Below, piece by piece: positions 19,581 to 32,245 of a stretch of 64,000 nucleotides of DNA (positions are counted from its first letter, which is position 1; the number at the start of each line of letters is the position of its first letter). The stretch is from assembly GCA_031701365.1 (NCBI GenBank), contig GCA_031701365.1_4118.1; one strand, 5' to 3'. Below the pieces are notes generated by a model that saw only the letters and a list, made by a program, of their open reading frames with translations, was not told the DNA's origin and made no database searches. Source of the stretch: Escherichia coli (GTDB lineage: Bacteria > Pseudomonadota > Gammaproteobacteria > Enterobacterales > Enterobacteriaceae). The position numbers were made by a program, and so were the translations under genes.

Positions 19581-19981
19581 ATAACGAAGTTGAAATTATC
19601 ATAACTCCACCTATACAAAGCCTTGATGTATCTATTAGTGATTTTTTAGAAAAATATTATGAATGGTTTAATGAAGATTCAGTAATTTATAACCATTCAT
19701 TACCTGATGGTTTCGTTGAGCTTATTGAATTAAATGCCAAATCACTATACTTCTGTGTTGAATACAATGATTATATGACAGATGAAGCATATCGTTTTCG
19801 TTGTACATTGTATCCTAACCATTTTTCCATTGGTTATAAAGACTATCAGTACTGCACCACTAACTACAGTGTAGAGGAAGAATTTCAGTACAATTTACTT
19901 TATCCAGATTTAGATTATACTATTGCAGTACTGTTATCTAAAATTATGGATTTTTATAAAGGTAAATACAGTGCAGCCTAA
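19577..19981 (+). CDS. FFQ-motif family protein (divergent)
   Basis: 'VEEEFQYNLLYPDL'. Confidence 0.5.
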   Translation: MNNEVEIIITPPIQSLDVSISDFLEKYYEWFNEDSVIYNHSLPDGFVELIELNAKSLYFCVEYNDYMTDEAYRFRCTLYPNHFSIGYKDYQYCTTNYSVEEEFQYNLLYPDLDYTIAVLLSKIMDFYKGKYSAA

Positions 19982-20152
19982 AACATTTGACGAGTGGTAT
20001 CAAATGCATTACAATATAAATGCAGGTGATGTATACTTCTTTAAGTTGGAGTTGTTTTTATTGTTAAATGATCCCGAATCGTACTATAACAATATCATTC
20101 ACTGTGATGATTTTAGTACATATTTTAGTATAGCCGTTATGGATATTAAGAG

Positions 20153-20329
20153 ATGACACATGAAGAATGGTTAGATGAACTAAAATTCAAACATAATCCT
20201 TTTGGTTTTGGTATACGCCAAGGTCATTATGATGTGTTAAAAGATAAACAACTTTTCAAATCATTTGTACTTGATGCGGATAGCAACCACTGGTTCATCT
20301 ATGAGCTTGCAATTAGAGACAAAAAATAG
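20153..20329 (+). CDS. MTHEEW-family mini-protein
   Basis: 58 aa starting MTHEEWL; hand-translated. Confidence 0.4.
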   Translation: MTHEEWLDELKFKHNPFGFGIRQGHYDVLKDKQLFKSFVLDADSNHWFIYELAIRDKK

Positions 20330-20334
20330 TAAGA

Positions 20335-20670
<336 letters not shown>

Positions 20671-20671
20671 A

Positions 20672-20854
20672 ATGACACACGAAGAATGGATGTCCAAACA
20701 GCATAAAGAACATGACTGCTTTGGGAATGGTATTCGTCAGGTACATTATGATATTCTCAAAGATATAAATTTATTCATAAAATATGTTTTGGATGAAAAT
20801 AAACATTGGTTTATATATGAGATTGCATATAGAAACTCAAATAAACAAAAATAA
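20672..20854 (+). CDS. MTHEEW-family mini-protein
   Basis: Starts MTHEEWM; ends 'HWFIYEIAYR' like the 20153 copy ('HWFIYELAIR'). Confidence 0.45.
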   Translation: MTHEEWMSKQHKEHDCFGNGIRQVHYDILKDINLFIKYVLDENKHWFIYEIAYRNSNKQK

Positions 20855-20868
20855 ATAAGGAATATATT

Positions 20869-21087
20869 ATGGAAACAACGTTATTTGAAGTTATTCAAGC
20901 ATTAAAAACTGGTGATGACATTCAAGTATTGCTACATGGTTATCGTTTAAAAGGCACTGTGGTTTTAGTTAATGACACAACGTTAGTTATTGCCGAAACA
21001 AATCCATATGATAGTAATCAAGTTGCTAATATCCATATTGATATTAAAAGCATTATTGGTGTAGGCGTAAATAAAAATCAAGAATAA
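20869..21087 (+). CDS. hypothetical protein
   Basis: 72 aa ORF. Confidence 0.45.
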   Translation: METTLFEVIQALKTGDDIQVLLHGYRLKGTVVLVNDTTLVIAETNPYDSNQVANIHIDIKSIIGVGVNKNQE

Positions 21088-21165
21088 CAAATGTTTTTGA
21101 AAAAACCAGAAAATGAATGATTTTTTTGGGACAACTCAAAAATATATGATATAATAATTAGTACA

Positions 21166-21255
<90 letters not shown>

Positions 21256-21259
21256 ATAT

Positions 21260-21361
<102 letters not shown>

Positions 21362-21364
21362 AAC

Positions 21365-21487
21365 CATGACGCATGAAGAATGGATGAATGACATTAATTT
21401 TAGATATGCAGGTTTCGGTAACTGGAGAAAGTATCATTGGGAAATCATGTCAGACCCAGCAGAATACGATAAACTTATAAACCATGA
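21365..21487 (+). CDS. MTHEEW-family mini-protein
   Basis: 40 aa starting MTHEEWM. Confidence 0.35.
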
Positions 21488-21526
21488 AGCGTATCCGTGG
21501 TTCTTTATTGAAATAATGGTACGAAC

Positions 21527-21692
<166 letters not shown>

Positions 21693-21700
21693 AAAAAAAG

Positions 21701-21733
<33 letters not shown>

Positions 21734-21734
21734 A

Positions 21735-22114
<380 letters not shown>

Positions 22115-22171
22115 CTAAATAATTCAGTACTGAGAATATTAATATGTTTAAAGATGAACGTCCAGATTTGT

Positions 22172-22209
<38 letters not shown>

Positions 22210-22214
22210 GAATT

Positions 22215-22557
22215 CCACAATCAGACGTATATGGTGTAAGTTACGTCGATGCTATCCAGAACAAGATCTCTGGTACTCTAGGAAGTGGTGAATGTTAACC
22301 TAGACGGGTTTGATAATTGGACGATAGGCAATTATTACTTGACTAGCAGGTTGAAACTAGAGGTGACAGTCCTTCACCAAACTGGAAAACCGGATGGACT
22401 TTTATTTAAAAGGGTAAGGCGTGGAAATATGTTTACAGAAGTTGCTTTTAGTAGCCTGTACGCACCACGTCAAGGTAGCCGAAAGGTAAGTTAAAACGGG
22501 TGGTTATAAAGCTGAATTAACAGCGGCGTTTAAAAGCGTCACCATCCATTTTTTTTT
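22215..22557 (+). ncRNA. candidate small stable RNA inside the tRNA cluster
   Basis: ~340 nt without a convincing ORF, higher GC, promoter directly upstream, ends in a T9 run (22549-22557). Confidence 0.3.
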
Positions 22558-22573
22558 AATTAAAGTTGGCAAT

Positions 22574-23067
<494 letters not shown>

Positions 23068-23070
23068 TAC

Positions 23071-23226
<156 letters not shown>

Positions 23227-23247
23227 CATAAACAATGAGAGGTATAA

Positions 23248-23765
<518 letters not shown>

Positions 23766-23805
23766 CAGGGGAGGTTGTGATTCCCGATTCAGTAGTTTTA
23801 AAGCT

Positions 23806-23914
<109 letters not shown>

Positions 23915-24075
23915 AGAGGTACTTAGAGTATACTCAGTTCACCTTTAGCTAAAATGGTCACGGTAGAATATTGTTGCAACAGTATTCAGTACTACTTTTT
24001 TAATTGACATAACTTTGAATGGAGTGTATTATGTTCCAAGAAGAAAACTGGGGTTTTTAACATAACGGGGAATGT

Positions 24076-24218
<143 letters not shown>

Positions 24219-24261
24219 AATGCGAAAGAGTATGGAGACTTGTTGGTTATCTTACTTCCTA

Positions 24262-24350
<89 letters not shown>

Positions 24351-24351
24351 T

Positions 24352-24813
<462 letters not shown>

Positions 24814-24821
<8 letters not shown>

Positions 24822-25179
24822 TCTAATAGTACGTATAATGCAAGATGTTTGTAATAACCTTTATACAGGCAATTTTGACGATCCGAACATAAAAATATTA
24901 TGTTATGATGGTTTTACAATGGTACATCCAGCCTATTCAAATAATATATACGTAGCATATACAAGTGAAAATCTATTGTATCAATTTGATATATATAGTA
25001 CAATGACAAAGATAATTTTGGATGCATCTAAACCAGCAATCTTTATTGCTTCTCATGATTACCATTATACTGAAGAATCACTATTTCAGTACTCAATGAT
25101 TAATGACATTGGTGGGTTGACATTGGATGAGGTTAATGCTATACTAGCTGTCTCACGTTTGGTTAAAACCCACAATTAG
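24814..25179 (+). CDS. FFQ-motif family protein
   Basis: 'TEESLFQYSMINDIGGLTLDEVNAIL'. Confidence 0.6.
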
Positions 25180-25188
25180 GAGATTCAT

Positions 25189-25380
25189 ATGTTCTGGAAT
25201 TTATTATGCTTGTTTGGTCGCACATTAGTACTTGCAATTATTCATACACCTGGCATTCGTAATTATGTTTCTTATGAATTTAAGAAAGATTATCACAACG
25301 GTACTGAAGTACGTGCCACTAAAATGTGCAAAGACTTCAATGTATCCGTTCCTCCATTTAAGAAGTACGAGGATGAATAA
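25189..25380 (+). CDS. small membrane-anchored protein
   Basis: 63 aa; hydrophobic N-terminus. Confidence 0.45.
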   Translation: MFWNLLCLFGRTLVLAIIHTPGIRNYVSYEFKKDYHNGTEVRATKMCKDFNVSVPPFKKYEDE

Positions 25381-25664
25381 TGGAATTCATTGTTGCACCT
25401 GATGAACTTAAAACATTCACGTTCAGAGATAATAATAATTATCCTTATACAAATCATTCATTGAATTCATTACATGTTATTTCAATCATTGCATCTGAAT
25501 ATAGAGATAATCCATGTATTGATTTTAAAACCACTGATGGTGAATATACATGGGTGATCCCAAAAGATAAATATAGTTATCAAGGGGCAGTAGATATTCG
25601 TGACTCGATTCTAAAACAAATCGAAGATGGAAATACTCATCCTAAACTAAAAACTCAGTACTGA
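25380..25664 (+). CDS. hypothetical protein
   Basis: 94 aa ORF, ATG overlaps previous stop. Confidence 0.5.
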   Translation: MEFIVAPDELKTFTFRDNNNYPYTNHSLNSLHVISIIASEYRDNPCIDFKTTDGEYTWVIPKDKYSYQGAVDIRDSILKQIEDGNTHPKLKTQY

Positions 25665-25819
25665 AATCGTTTAACCCGATAGCTTCTAGTCAGTACTGAT
25701 TCCTCCTTATGTATAGAAGCTATCACTTTTTACGTATAATGATATTACCCTCAAATTCATTATATTCGTTACCCTCTAACAGTATCTTTTTATTCCTCTT
25801 GGATGCTGTAATTTAGAAG

Positions 25820-25849
25820 TTGACATTTTAACTTCTTATATGTTATACT
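25820..25849 (+). promoter_or_regulatory. sigma70-type promoter (TTGACA-18-TATACT)
   Basis: TTGACA 25820-25; TATACT 25844-49. Confidence 0.45.
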
Positions 25850-25852
25850 TAA

Positions 25853-25879
25853 GGCTGATTCAATGAATCGGCCTTTTTT
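25853..25879 (+). terminator. hairpin GGCTGATTC-AAT-GAATCGGCC + T6 (leader terminator/attenuator-like)
   Basis: 9-bp stem with one G-U, then TTTTTT; between promoter and next start codon. Confidence 0.5.
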
Positions 25880-25897
25880 CTTATATAGGTGAATGCA

Positions 25898-26317
25898 ATG
25901 AGTTATTTGTTTACTTTAATTGATAAGTATGTTGACATTGTATACCGTCAAGTTTGTAGTGATACGTTTGAAACAAAAAACCCAATTAGAGATGGCATTT
26001 TTGATGTTGTCGTTGGATCATTTTTGAATGGGTACACCGAGTCATTATACAACAGTAATAATATTTTTATTTCAGTTCAATCAAGGCATACATCAGACTA
26101 TGCTGTTAGCATTGATATTTGGGAAAATAATATAGAAATAGACATAACGGAAAATACTAACATTTGTGTTGATGATACATTTAATCAATTAACTGAAGAA
26201 ATGTACTTGCAGTTGAATTTTGTACATGATCTTACAAATATCAGTTATGATACATTAAGGAAAATATGTTTTCTTAGTGGGGTGATTCGTAGTAATATGA
26301 GTAAGTATGGGAAGTGA
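25898..26317 (+). CDS. FFQ-motif family protein (divergent)
   Basis: ATG 25898 after AGGTG; 'TEEMYLQLNFVHDLTNISYDTL'. Confidence 0.5.
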   Translation: MSYLFTLIDKYVDIVYRQVCSDTFETKNPIRDGIFDVVVGSFLNGYTESLYNSNNIFISVQSRHTSDYAVSIDIWENNIEIDITENTNICVDDTFNQLTEEMYLQLNFVHDLTNISYDTLRKICFLSGVIRSNMSKYGK

Positions 26318-26735
26318 AATGTTAAAAATTCCACCTAAGTCGTTAACACATCTTATTGAATGTGGTGTAATATTTTCCGAAGGTGATACCTCATCATACA
26401 CATCGGTCGATGAACCTTATAATTTTTCATACCAATCTTATAAAAATAATTCTAAAATTTCTTGTAGAGAGGCTGAAAACATATTAATAGATGTTTCGTT
26501 ACATAATGTTCCGAAATTTTACATTGATATCTTTGGTGATTCTTTGACAATTCGAACATATGATTATTTTATTAACAAAGACCTCTTGAATCTTCCAATT
26601 GAACATGATAGTATAGATTCAGAACTTTTCTTTCAACTATCAACTGTTTATGATTTACAGGGTTTAACTGTTGAACAGTTGAATGGTATTTTTGAGATTT
26701 CACGAAACATACGAAGCAGGAACACAAATGTCTAA
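26307..26735 (+). CDS. FFQ-motif family protein
   Basis: 'DSELFFQLSTVYDLQGLTVEQLNGIF'. Confidence 0.6.
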   Translation: MGSEMLKIPPKSLTHLIECGVIFSEGDTSSYTSVDEPYNFSYQSYKNNSKISCREAENILIDVSLHNVPKFYIDIFGDSLTIRTYDYFINKDLLNLPIEHDSIDSELFFQLSTVYDLQGLTVEQLNGIFEISRNIRSRNTNV

Positions 26736-27138
26736 TATTTTAAATGAAAAAACAGTTGATGTGGCTATTGGCGTTCTTAACACTGCAACTTCATTTCAGA
26801 AGAAACACAGTGTTGTATACTTTGGTGAAGATTGTTGGCTGAGCTATACTAATAATTCGTTTATAATTCGTGTAGAGGCTGATGATATTGGATTAACCGT
26901 TCAGGTAGGATATACCAAAACTGGTAAACAAATCACTGTCATTGTCGATAAACTTACGTCTTCTTTTTATGATAGTATAAATGATTGTGAACACTATAGT
27001 TCAACATTTTATGATACCGAAGAAGAACATTTTATGGATAGTACTGTTAAAGAGTTAGCTATTCCATATAATCTAATGAAAGCCGTGAGTGATTTAATTT
27101 TAAAATATAAAAAAATAGGAGTTACTAATGCAATTTAA
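26728..27138 (+). CDS. FFQ-motif family protein
   Basis: ATG 26728 (AGGA upstream); 'TEEEHFMDSTVKELAIPYNL'. Confidence 0.5.
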   Translation: MSNILNEKTVDVAIGVLNTATSFQKKHSVVYFGEDCWLSYTNNSFIIRVEADDIGLTVQVGYTKTGKQITVIVDKLTSSFYDSINDCEHYSSTFYDTEEEHFMDSTVKELAIPYNLMKAVSDLILKYKKIGVTNAI

Positions 27139-27574
27139 TGGTAAAGTTTCCAAAGTAGGTTTGGTTTTTGAAAACTGTGAATTTGTTGATATTGATGTAA
27201 AGAATGTTTTATGGATGCATATTGCTGATGAGAAGACTCTTTGTAGCCGTTTTTCAAACGGACTGACAATTAGTACTGTAATCGGTGAGTTTGGTATTGC
27301 TTTACGAAGCAATACACCATCTGATTTCATGGATAACTCTACATTGTTGGAACGTTTGAAAATGCGTGACGTGACACACGTTTATCTTTATGATACTAAC
27401 GGTGTTATTCAACGTTATGTAGTCGAATGGGCTGATTACAACCTTAATGGGCAATATTCAGTTAACCAGCGTGTTCAACTAACGCCAGGTGGAAATATTG
27501 TGTTTGTTAGTTCAACTGGCAAATTAATCAGTGTAGATGATAAAAACATTGACCTATTCACAGCATATAACTAA
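27128..27574 (+). CDS. hypothetical protein
   Basis: 148 aa ORF. Confidence 0.5.
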   Translation: MQFNGKVSKVGLVFENCEFVDIDVKNVLWMHIADEKTLCSRFSNGLTISTVIGEFGIALRSNTPSDFMDNSTLLERLKMRDVTHVYLYDTNGVIQRYVVEWADYNLNGQYSVNQRVQLTPGGNIVFVSSTGKLISVDDKNIDLFTAYN

Positions 27575-27585
27575 TACGAGCTTCT

Positions 27586-28005
27586 ATGAAAACAATCAAA
27601 ATTCATTTCAAAGACACTTGGACAGAAGTAAGTACTGGTAATATTCAGGATATTTTATATAGTACTGAAACTATTCATGTTTATGATGAAGAAACTGCTG
27701 CCGAGCAGTTAAAAGTTTTGCATCGTAGTGTTGGTGAGCACACTGAATATGGAATTAAACATACTCGTGAATTACTTACTACTAATCACATTGAAACCCG
27801 TAAAGCAAACTTATCAAAAGAAGAAATGTTTGATTTCATCCTGAACCATAAAGTTCATATTGAACCTGATGGGTCGATATGGGAGAACACTGCTGGACAA
27901 AAAGTGCTGAAAAAATATCATGTTTCTATTGATAATGTAAAAATGTCAGGGTATGATTTGGAAGATGCAATTAATGAATATGTATCTAGGCAGAGGGCAA
28001 ATTGA
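27586..28005 (+). CDS. hypothetical protein
   Basis: 139 aa ORF. Confidence 0.5.
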   Translation: MKTIKIHFKDTWTEVSTGNIQDILYSTETIHVYDEETAAEQLKVLHRSVGEHTEYGIKHTRELLTTNHIETRKANLSKEEMFDFILNHKVHIEPDGSIWENTAGQKVLKKYHVSIDNVKMSGYDLEDAINEYVSRQRAN

Positions 28006-28376
28006 TGAGCTTGATAACATTTACAATTATTTGTTGCATTACTATTGTACTTTGTCGCCTGATTCATGTATACTCATATCATAAAGCGTTGCGAATCGAA
28101 CAAGAGATTTACAACGAAAACCGAGAACCAGAACCAGTCAAGAAGCCACCTTCCCCTTATGGGTTGAAACGTGAGATGCATTCTCAAAGTAAAAAGTGGG
28201 GTTATGCAATTACTAAAAATGGCTACATCTATACTGCAAGTAATGGTTATTTTCAAATTCACCACGAATTAGAAGTGGCAGTTCAAATTTTGTGGGAGAT
28301 GGAGGACATAGGTGGTTATGAGCGTACTAAGTTTGAATTCATATCAAATGATCCAGGAACTTCACGAGAAACATGA
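28002..28376 (+). CDS. membrane-anchored protein
   Basis: 124 aa; N-terminal TM. Confidence 0.5.
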   Translation: MMSLITFTIICCITIVLCRLIHVYSYHKALRIEQEIYNENREPEPVKKPPSPYGLKREMHSQSKKWGYAITKNGYIYTASNGYFQIHHELEVAVQILWEMEDIGGYERTKFEFISNDPGTSRET

Positions 28377-28521
28377 TATAATTGTTGATGTGGAGAAGAA
28401 GGAAGTCATTATGAAAAAGCAAGCATATAGAATTTTAGAAGACTTCCATCTAAAAGCATTTATAATGAAGTTCTGTACAGATGAACATCTTACCGGACGA
28501 GTAATACGTAAGGAGTTGTAA

Positions 28522-28863
28522 ATGAACTTAAGTTCAACAATTCAGTACTTGAGCAGTAACTTCGAGAAAATTATTTCTCGCGGTGGGATGATTGTACACC
28601 CAGAAACAGAGGAAATGTACATCATTGGATTTGATAAAAATTCTTATGATCAAGTACTTGTAATTTCCAAGTTAGAAAGTTATAATGAAGTTGTTCAGTT
28701 TTGCTGTACCGAATTTGGTATCTATATTAAAGACGCTGAAACAAATACAATTTCGCATTATTTTTATCACACATTGATGGGTACTAAAGATTTCGGTTTG
28801 AAGTTCGATGATTTAGTACAATGTCACTATATGTTTAAAACCTTCCCAGCTAGTGGGCACTAA
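28522..28863 (+). CDS. hypothetical protein
   Basis: 113 aa ORF. Confidence 0.5.
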   Translation: MNLSSTIQYLSSNFEKIISRGGMIVHPETEEMYIIGFDKNSYDQVLVISKLESYNEVVQFCCTEFGIYIKDAETNTISHYFYHTLMGTKDFGLKFDDLVQCHYMFKTFPASGH

Positions 28864-28876
28864 GGAGTATATCAAT

Positions 28877-29665
28877 ATGAGCAACATTTTCTTCAAAACT
28901 ATTTCTTTCAAAAAAGCATCTTACTCCTACGCCTACGTTGATGGTAAAGTGCTTAATATTGTACTGGATGGTGTTGATGTACCAGTTGAATTTAAAACAC
29001 ATGAAGAAGCAGTTGAAGGTGCTAAAGAATTGAATTCAATTCTTAATGGTGAAGTAAGTCAAAAACAAAATGTAAAATCTGATTTAGATGTACTTTTGGA
29101 AAAAATCAAAACTGGTGAAGTATTAGAAATTTTAGACAACTGTAATGAAAAACTTCGTAATGTAGTTAATAATGTTCGTGACCAGATTCAAGAAAAAGCA
29201 CTAGAGCAAGCATTCAAACATGTATCCAAGAATGCTGAATCTCGTATTGATGGTATGGTTAAAAATCTTGATGATGTACTATCCCATCTCTTTACTAAAG
29301 AATACGAACAAGAAGTTGAAGAAGAACCAGTAAAAGAAACCAAAAAAGAAAAACGTAGCTTTGGTTCAGGTGATGATGTGTTTGGCTTTACGAATGTCCG
29401 AACAAGTGCAGATGAACCAAAAGAAATTAGTGAGATGCTCATTGGTGACATGACAACTAAGCAGCTTCGTAATGAAATTGACAAGTTTGTAACTAGTTGT
29501 ATCAAATCAGAACGTGCACAAAGTATGTTTAAAAGCATTAGTGAGAACTTTGGTCCAGAAGCAACTGAGCAGGCACTAACTGCATTTAAAGAATTGATTT
29601 ATAATGTAGCCATTAGCAATCCAGATAAAACACTTGAAGAAGTTCTACGTGACAATTTCAAATAA
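28877..29665 (+). CDS. hypothetical charged/helical protein
   Basis: ATG 28877 after AAGGAG (track start 28853 is GTG); ~262 aa, E/K-rich. Confidence 0.55.
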   Translation: MSNIFFKTISFKKASYSYAYVDGKVLNIVLDGVDVPVEFKTHEEAVEGAKELNSILNGEVSQKQNVKSDLDVLLEKIKTGEVLEILDNCNEKLRNVVNNVRDQIQEKALEQAFKHVSKNAESRIDGMVKNLDDVLSHLFTKEYEQEVEEEPVKETKKEKRSFGSGDDVFGFTNVRTSADEPKEISEMLIGDMTTKQLRNEIDKFVTSCIKSERAQSMFKSISENFGPEATEQALTAFKELIYNVAISNPDKTLEEVLRDNFK

Positions 29666-29677
29666 TTAGATAAAATT

Positions 29678-29707
29678 AAAGCCACTACAATGTAGTGGCT
29701 TTTTTTA
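29678..29707. terminator. bidirectional rho-independent terminator
   Basis: Stem GCCACTA/TAGTGGC flanked by A-run and T-run; sits between convergent genes. Confidence 0.65.
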
Positions 29708-30862
29708 TTATGCGTTGTAACCAACTATTACGACTGAGCAGTCAAGCGGTTCTACTACTTTAAGAATTACATTATCATCTTCATCCACTTGTATTTCACT
29801 ATGAACTACATGATTGTCTGAAGAATATAATTGAACTTGTGGTAGTGCTTTACCATGTTCAGTTACTGGAACTGAGATAGAGTACATAGAGTCTTCACCG
29901 AGAACCCACTCACTTAAAGTATATTCTTTATGGAAAGGAGTAGTATGCAGTGTTTTTCCGATTATACTCAAAGAAACAGGTAAATTATCAGTTTGATACA
30001 CAGTAATATTACCTTCTGCGTCTACAGAAAGATCTACACCAACTTGATATAAGTCACCACTGTATGCTTGAAGTGCTAAGTACTGTCCACGATCATGAAC
30101 ATCAAATGGAACAACCGCAGAAAATACACCTTCCGAAACAGGTTCAAATTGGGATAGAAGAACTGATGTAACAAAATCAATATCCTCACCACTTTCAAGA
30201 ACATCAAATTCCACCACTTTAGTGTTATAATATGGAGAAGTGAGCGTAGCAGTACCTTTCCCTGATTGTGTGATAACATCAACTGGAATTGTAAATGCAT
30301 CATTAACAAATTGGGTAGTAAAGTATTCTGTTCCGTCTGGTAATACGATTGTTATTACCATACCATTAGTATCAATTTCTGAACCAGTATTGAATAATTT
30401 ACCACTAATTGAGTCATTACCAACAAATACTGGTGAAATGAGAATATTATCTATATCACGATCTATAATACCACATTCAGGTGTATACATATGATACAAG
30501 GTTTGTGAACTACCTAAAATTGTTTTATGTAGCATGAATTTATATACAAATCCAGTATCAGTTTCTTGTGGCTCTTCGGAATATCCACGAACAAAGAAAC
30601 AATTTTTATTAATTTCACTTAATAGTTGGTCATTAGTTTTATTGTAATTTAATAGATAACCTTTATTATCTTTAGTTGTTATTTGTACTTTACGATATAT
30701 TATATTAGTTCTGGGATCAACTAAATCATATAATCTATGGCTTCTTTGGCGATAGATTCTAATATTTTTTAGTCTAGTTCCATCGTTGAGGATTGCACCA
30801 TCAACAACATAACCACATTCACCAAACTTATAGCGTCCAGCCGCAGCAATTGACCTTGACAT
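29708..30862 (-). CDS. hypothetical protein, only complete minus-strand gene in the window
   Basis: 384 aa; strong SD (GGAGGG) before ATG; beta-rich, T/S/V/G-rich composition. Confidence 0.6.
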   Translation of the reverse strand: MSRSIAAAGRYKFGECGYVVDGAILNDGTRLKNIRIYRQRSHRLYDLVDPRTNIIYRKVQITTKDNKGYLLNYNKTNDQLLSEINKNCFFVRGYSEEPQETDTGFVYKFMLHKTILGSSQTLYHMYTPECGIIDRDIDNILISPVFVGNDSISGKLFNTGSEIDTNGMVITIVLPDGTEYFTTQFVNDAFTIPVDVITQSGKGTATLTSPYYNTKVVEFDVLESGEDIDFVTSVLLSQFEPVSEGVFSAVVPFDVHDRGQYLALQAYSGDLYQVGVDLSVDAEGNITVYQTDNLPVSLSIIGKTLHTTPFHKEYTLSEWVLGEDSMYSISVPVTEHGKALPQVQLYSSDNHVVHSEIQVDEDDNVILKVVEPLDCSVVIVGYNA

Positions 30863-30978
30863 TTATCCCTCCATTGGTATAATTATTATAACGTATTTAT
30901 TATGCATATCCAAAAAATGAGCTTGACGGGTGTATGATTTGGTGTTATCATGTAGTGAATGAATAATGAGGTGTTTTT

Positions 30979-31563
30979 ATGAATGTTATTGATAATAGAT
31001 TAGTACTGAAAAATGGAAAAATGACTGTTAAGTTATATAAAGATGAAGCTGATTCTTTCATGGCAAAAGCGATTGAAAAATCAGAACGATATAAACTTTT
31101 GGCTCCAGCCAGTAAATCGCCATATGGTTTTAATCATGCACATAGTCATTTTGTTGGTATGGTATGTGAGCACGCATCTTTAGTACTTTTTAATGAAATT
31201 GAAAACAATACTGGTATTAAACTTAATATCGATCCAGCATTCCAAAATGAAGCACGTGACGGTGAATGTGATATTAAGGTAAACAACCTTCGTATTGAAG
31301 TAAAAGGTATCAAGTATAAATCATGGACTGACTTTGGACCATGTGTTAGTACTCGACAGTTAAAAAATATCCAGAAAAAAGCTGACGTAATACTATGGGT
31401 ATTGTATAATGAGAAAAAACAAGAGTTCACGTTTGAGGGATTCAACTATGTAAAAGATATTAGTTCTATCCCAGTTATCCTCACTGGTGTACCAGGGCGA
31501 CCAATGATTGAAAATCACCCAGTACTCGGTATTATGAAACCACTACAGGAGTTACCATTGTGA
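30979..31563 (+). CDS. hypothetical protein
   Basis: 194 aa ORF; divergent from minus-strand gene. Confidence 0.55.
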   Translation: MNVIDNRLVLKNGKMTVKLYKDEADSFMAKAIEKSERYKLLAPASKSPYGFNHAHSHFVGMVCEHASLVLFNEIENNTGIKLNIDPAFQNEARDGECDIKVNNLRIEVKGIKYKSWTDFGPCVSTRQLKNIQKKADVILWVLYNEKKQEFTFEGFNYVKDISSIPVILTGVPGRPMIENHPVLGIMKPLQELPL

Positions 31564-31787
31564 TTACTGCAACTGTATATCAAGATATCAATGAAGAATT
31601 TCATTCTAAAATTGCGTTCTTATCATTTCCTGTACTCCCAGTAGTTGGGTCAACGTTGAATCTTACCATTTGTGGGTTTGAGAAATATTATAAAGTTCTA
31701 GATATTGAGTACTGTGCTGATGTGTATTCATGTAATAGTGAAATTGCAATTCCAGTATCAATCGATATTATTGTAAAAGAGGTTTGA
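31560..31787 (+). CDS. hypothetical protein
   Basis: 75 aa ORF. Confidence 0.45.
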   Translation: MITATVYQDINEEFHSKIAFLSFPVLPVVGSTLNLTICGFEKYYKVLDIEYCADVYSCNSEIAIPVSIDIIVKEV

Positions 31788-31789
31788 TT

Positions 31790-32245
31790 ATGTTTAAGAA
31801 TTTTATGGTTATCGTAGCAGTACTGTTTGGTACATCATGTTTTATTTCCCCAGTACACGCAGAAGAACAACGTCAAACTATTAAAACTATTGGGACTGGT
31901 AAAACTCCCCCTAAACGTACTGCTGACGAATACATGCCTGAAATGCGTGAACGTTATCGTCAGACATACAGGGAAAAACATGCTAATGATAAACCCATCA
32001 AGAAGCATAAATGGGAAGTTGTTAAATCTCCTTCATTTTGTGCTGGATATGCTAAAGTAAAGATTGAGCAGCACAAAAAACAGTACTATAAAGATATGTA
32101 TTCCTTCTATGACTCCAGAATTTCTGACACAGATATGATGGCAGGGAAGGTTGATAAAGAAGAATTTCTACAAGGCTATGATATGATGGACGATGACAAA
32201 ATCATGGAATGCGTTGAAGTGTATGAAAAATACAGAGGCTTCTGA
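31790..32245 (+). CDS. secreted protein (signal peptide)
   Basis: ATG 31790; 'MFKNFMVIVAVLFGTSCFISPVHA|EEQ'. Confidence 0.5.
   Translation: MFKNFMVIVAVLFGTSCFISPVHAEEQRQTIKTIGTGKTPPKRTADEYMPEMRERYRQTYREKHANDKPIKKHKWEVVKSPSFCAGYAKVKIEQHKKQYYKDMYSFYDSRISDTDMMAGKVDKEEFLQGYDMMDDDKIMECVEVYEKYRGF

Noticed and set aside
19923-20156. Track ORF 19923-20156 overlapping the end of FFQ-family gene 19577-19981.
   Set aside because: Its 5' part lies in another frame of a well-supported gene. A shorter GTG-initiated version (19971-20156) is possible, but start and RBS are unconvincing.
22285-22494. 69-aa ORF (MVNVNLDGFDNW...) in the tRNA cluster.
   Set aside because: No RBS, atypical amino-acid composition, sits in a GC-richer promoter-driven segment that looks non-coding. 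Folded into the candidate small-RNA call.
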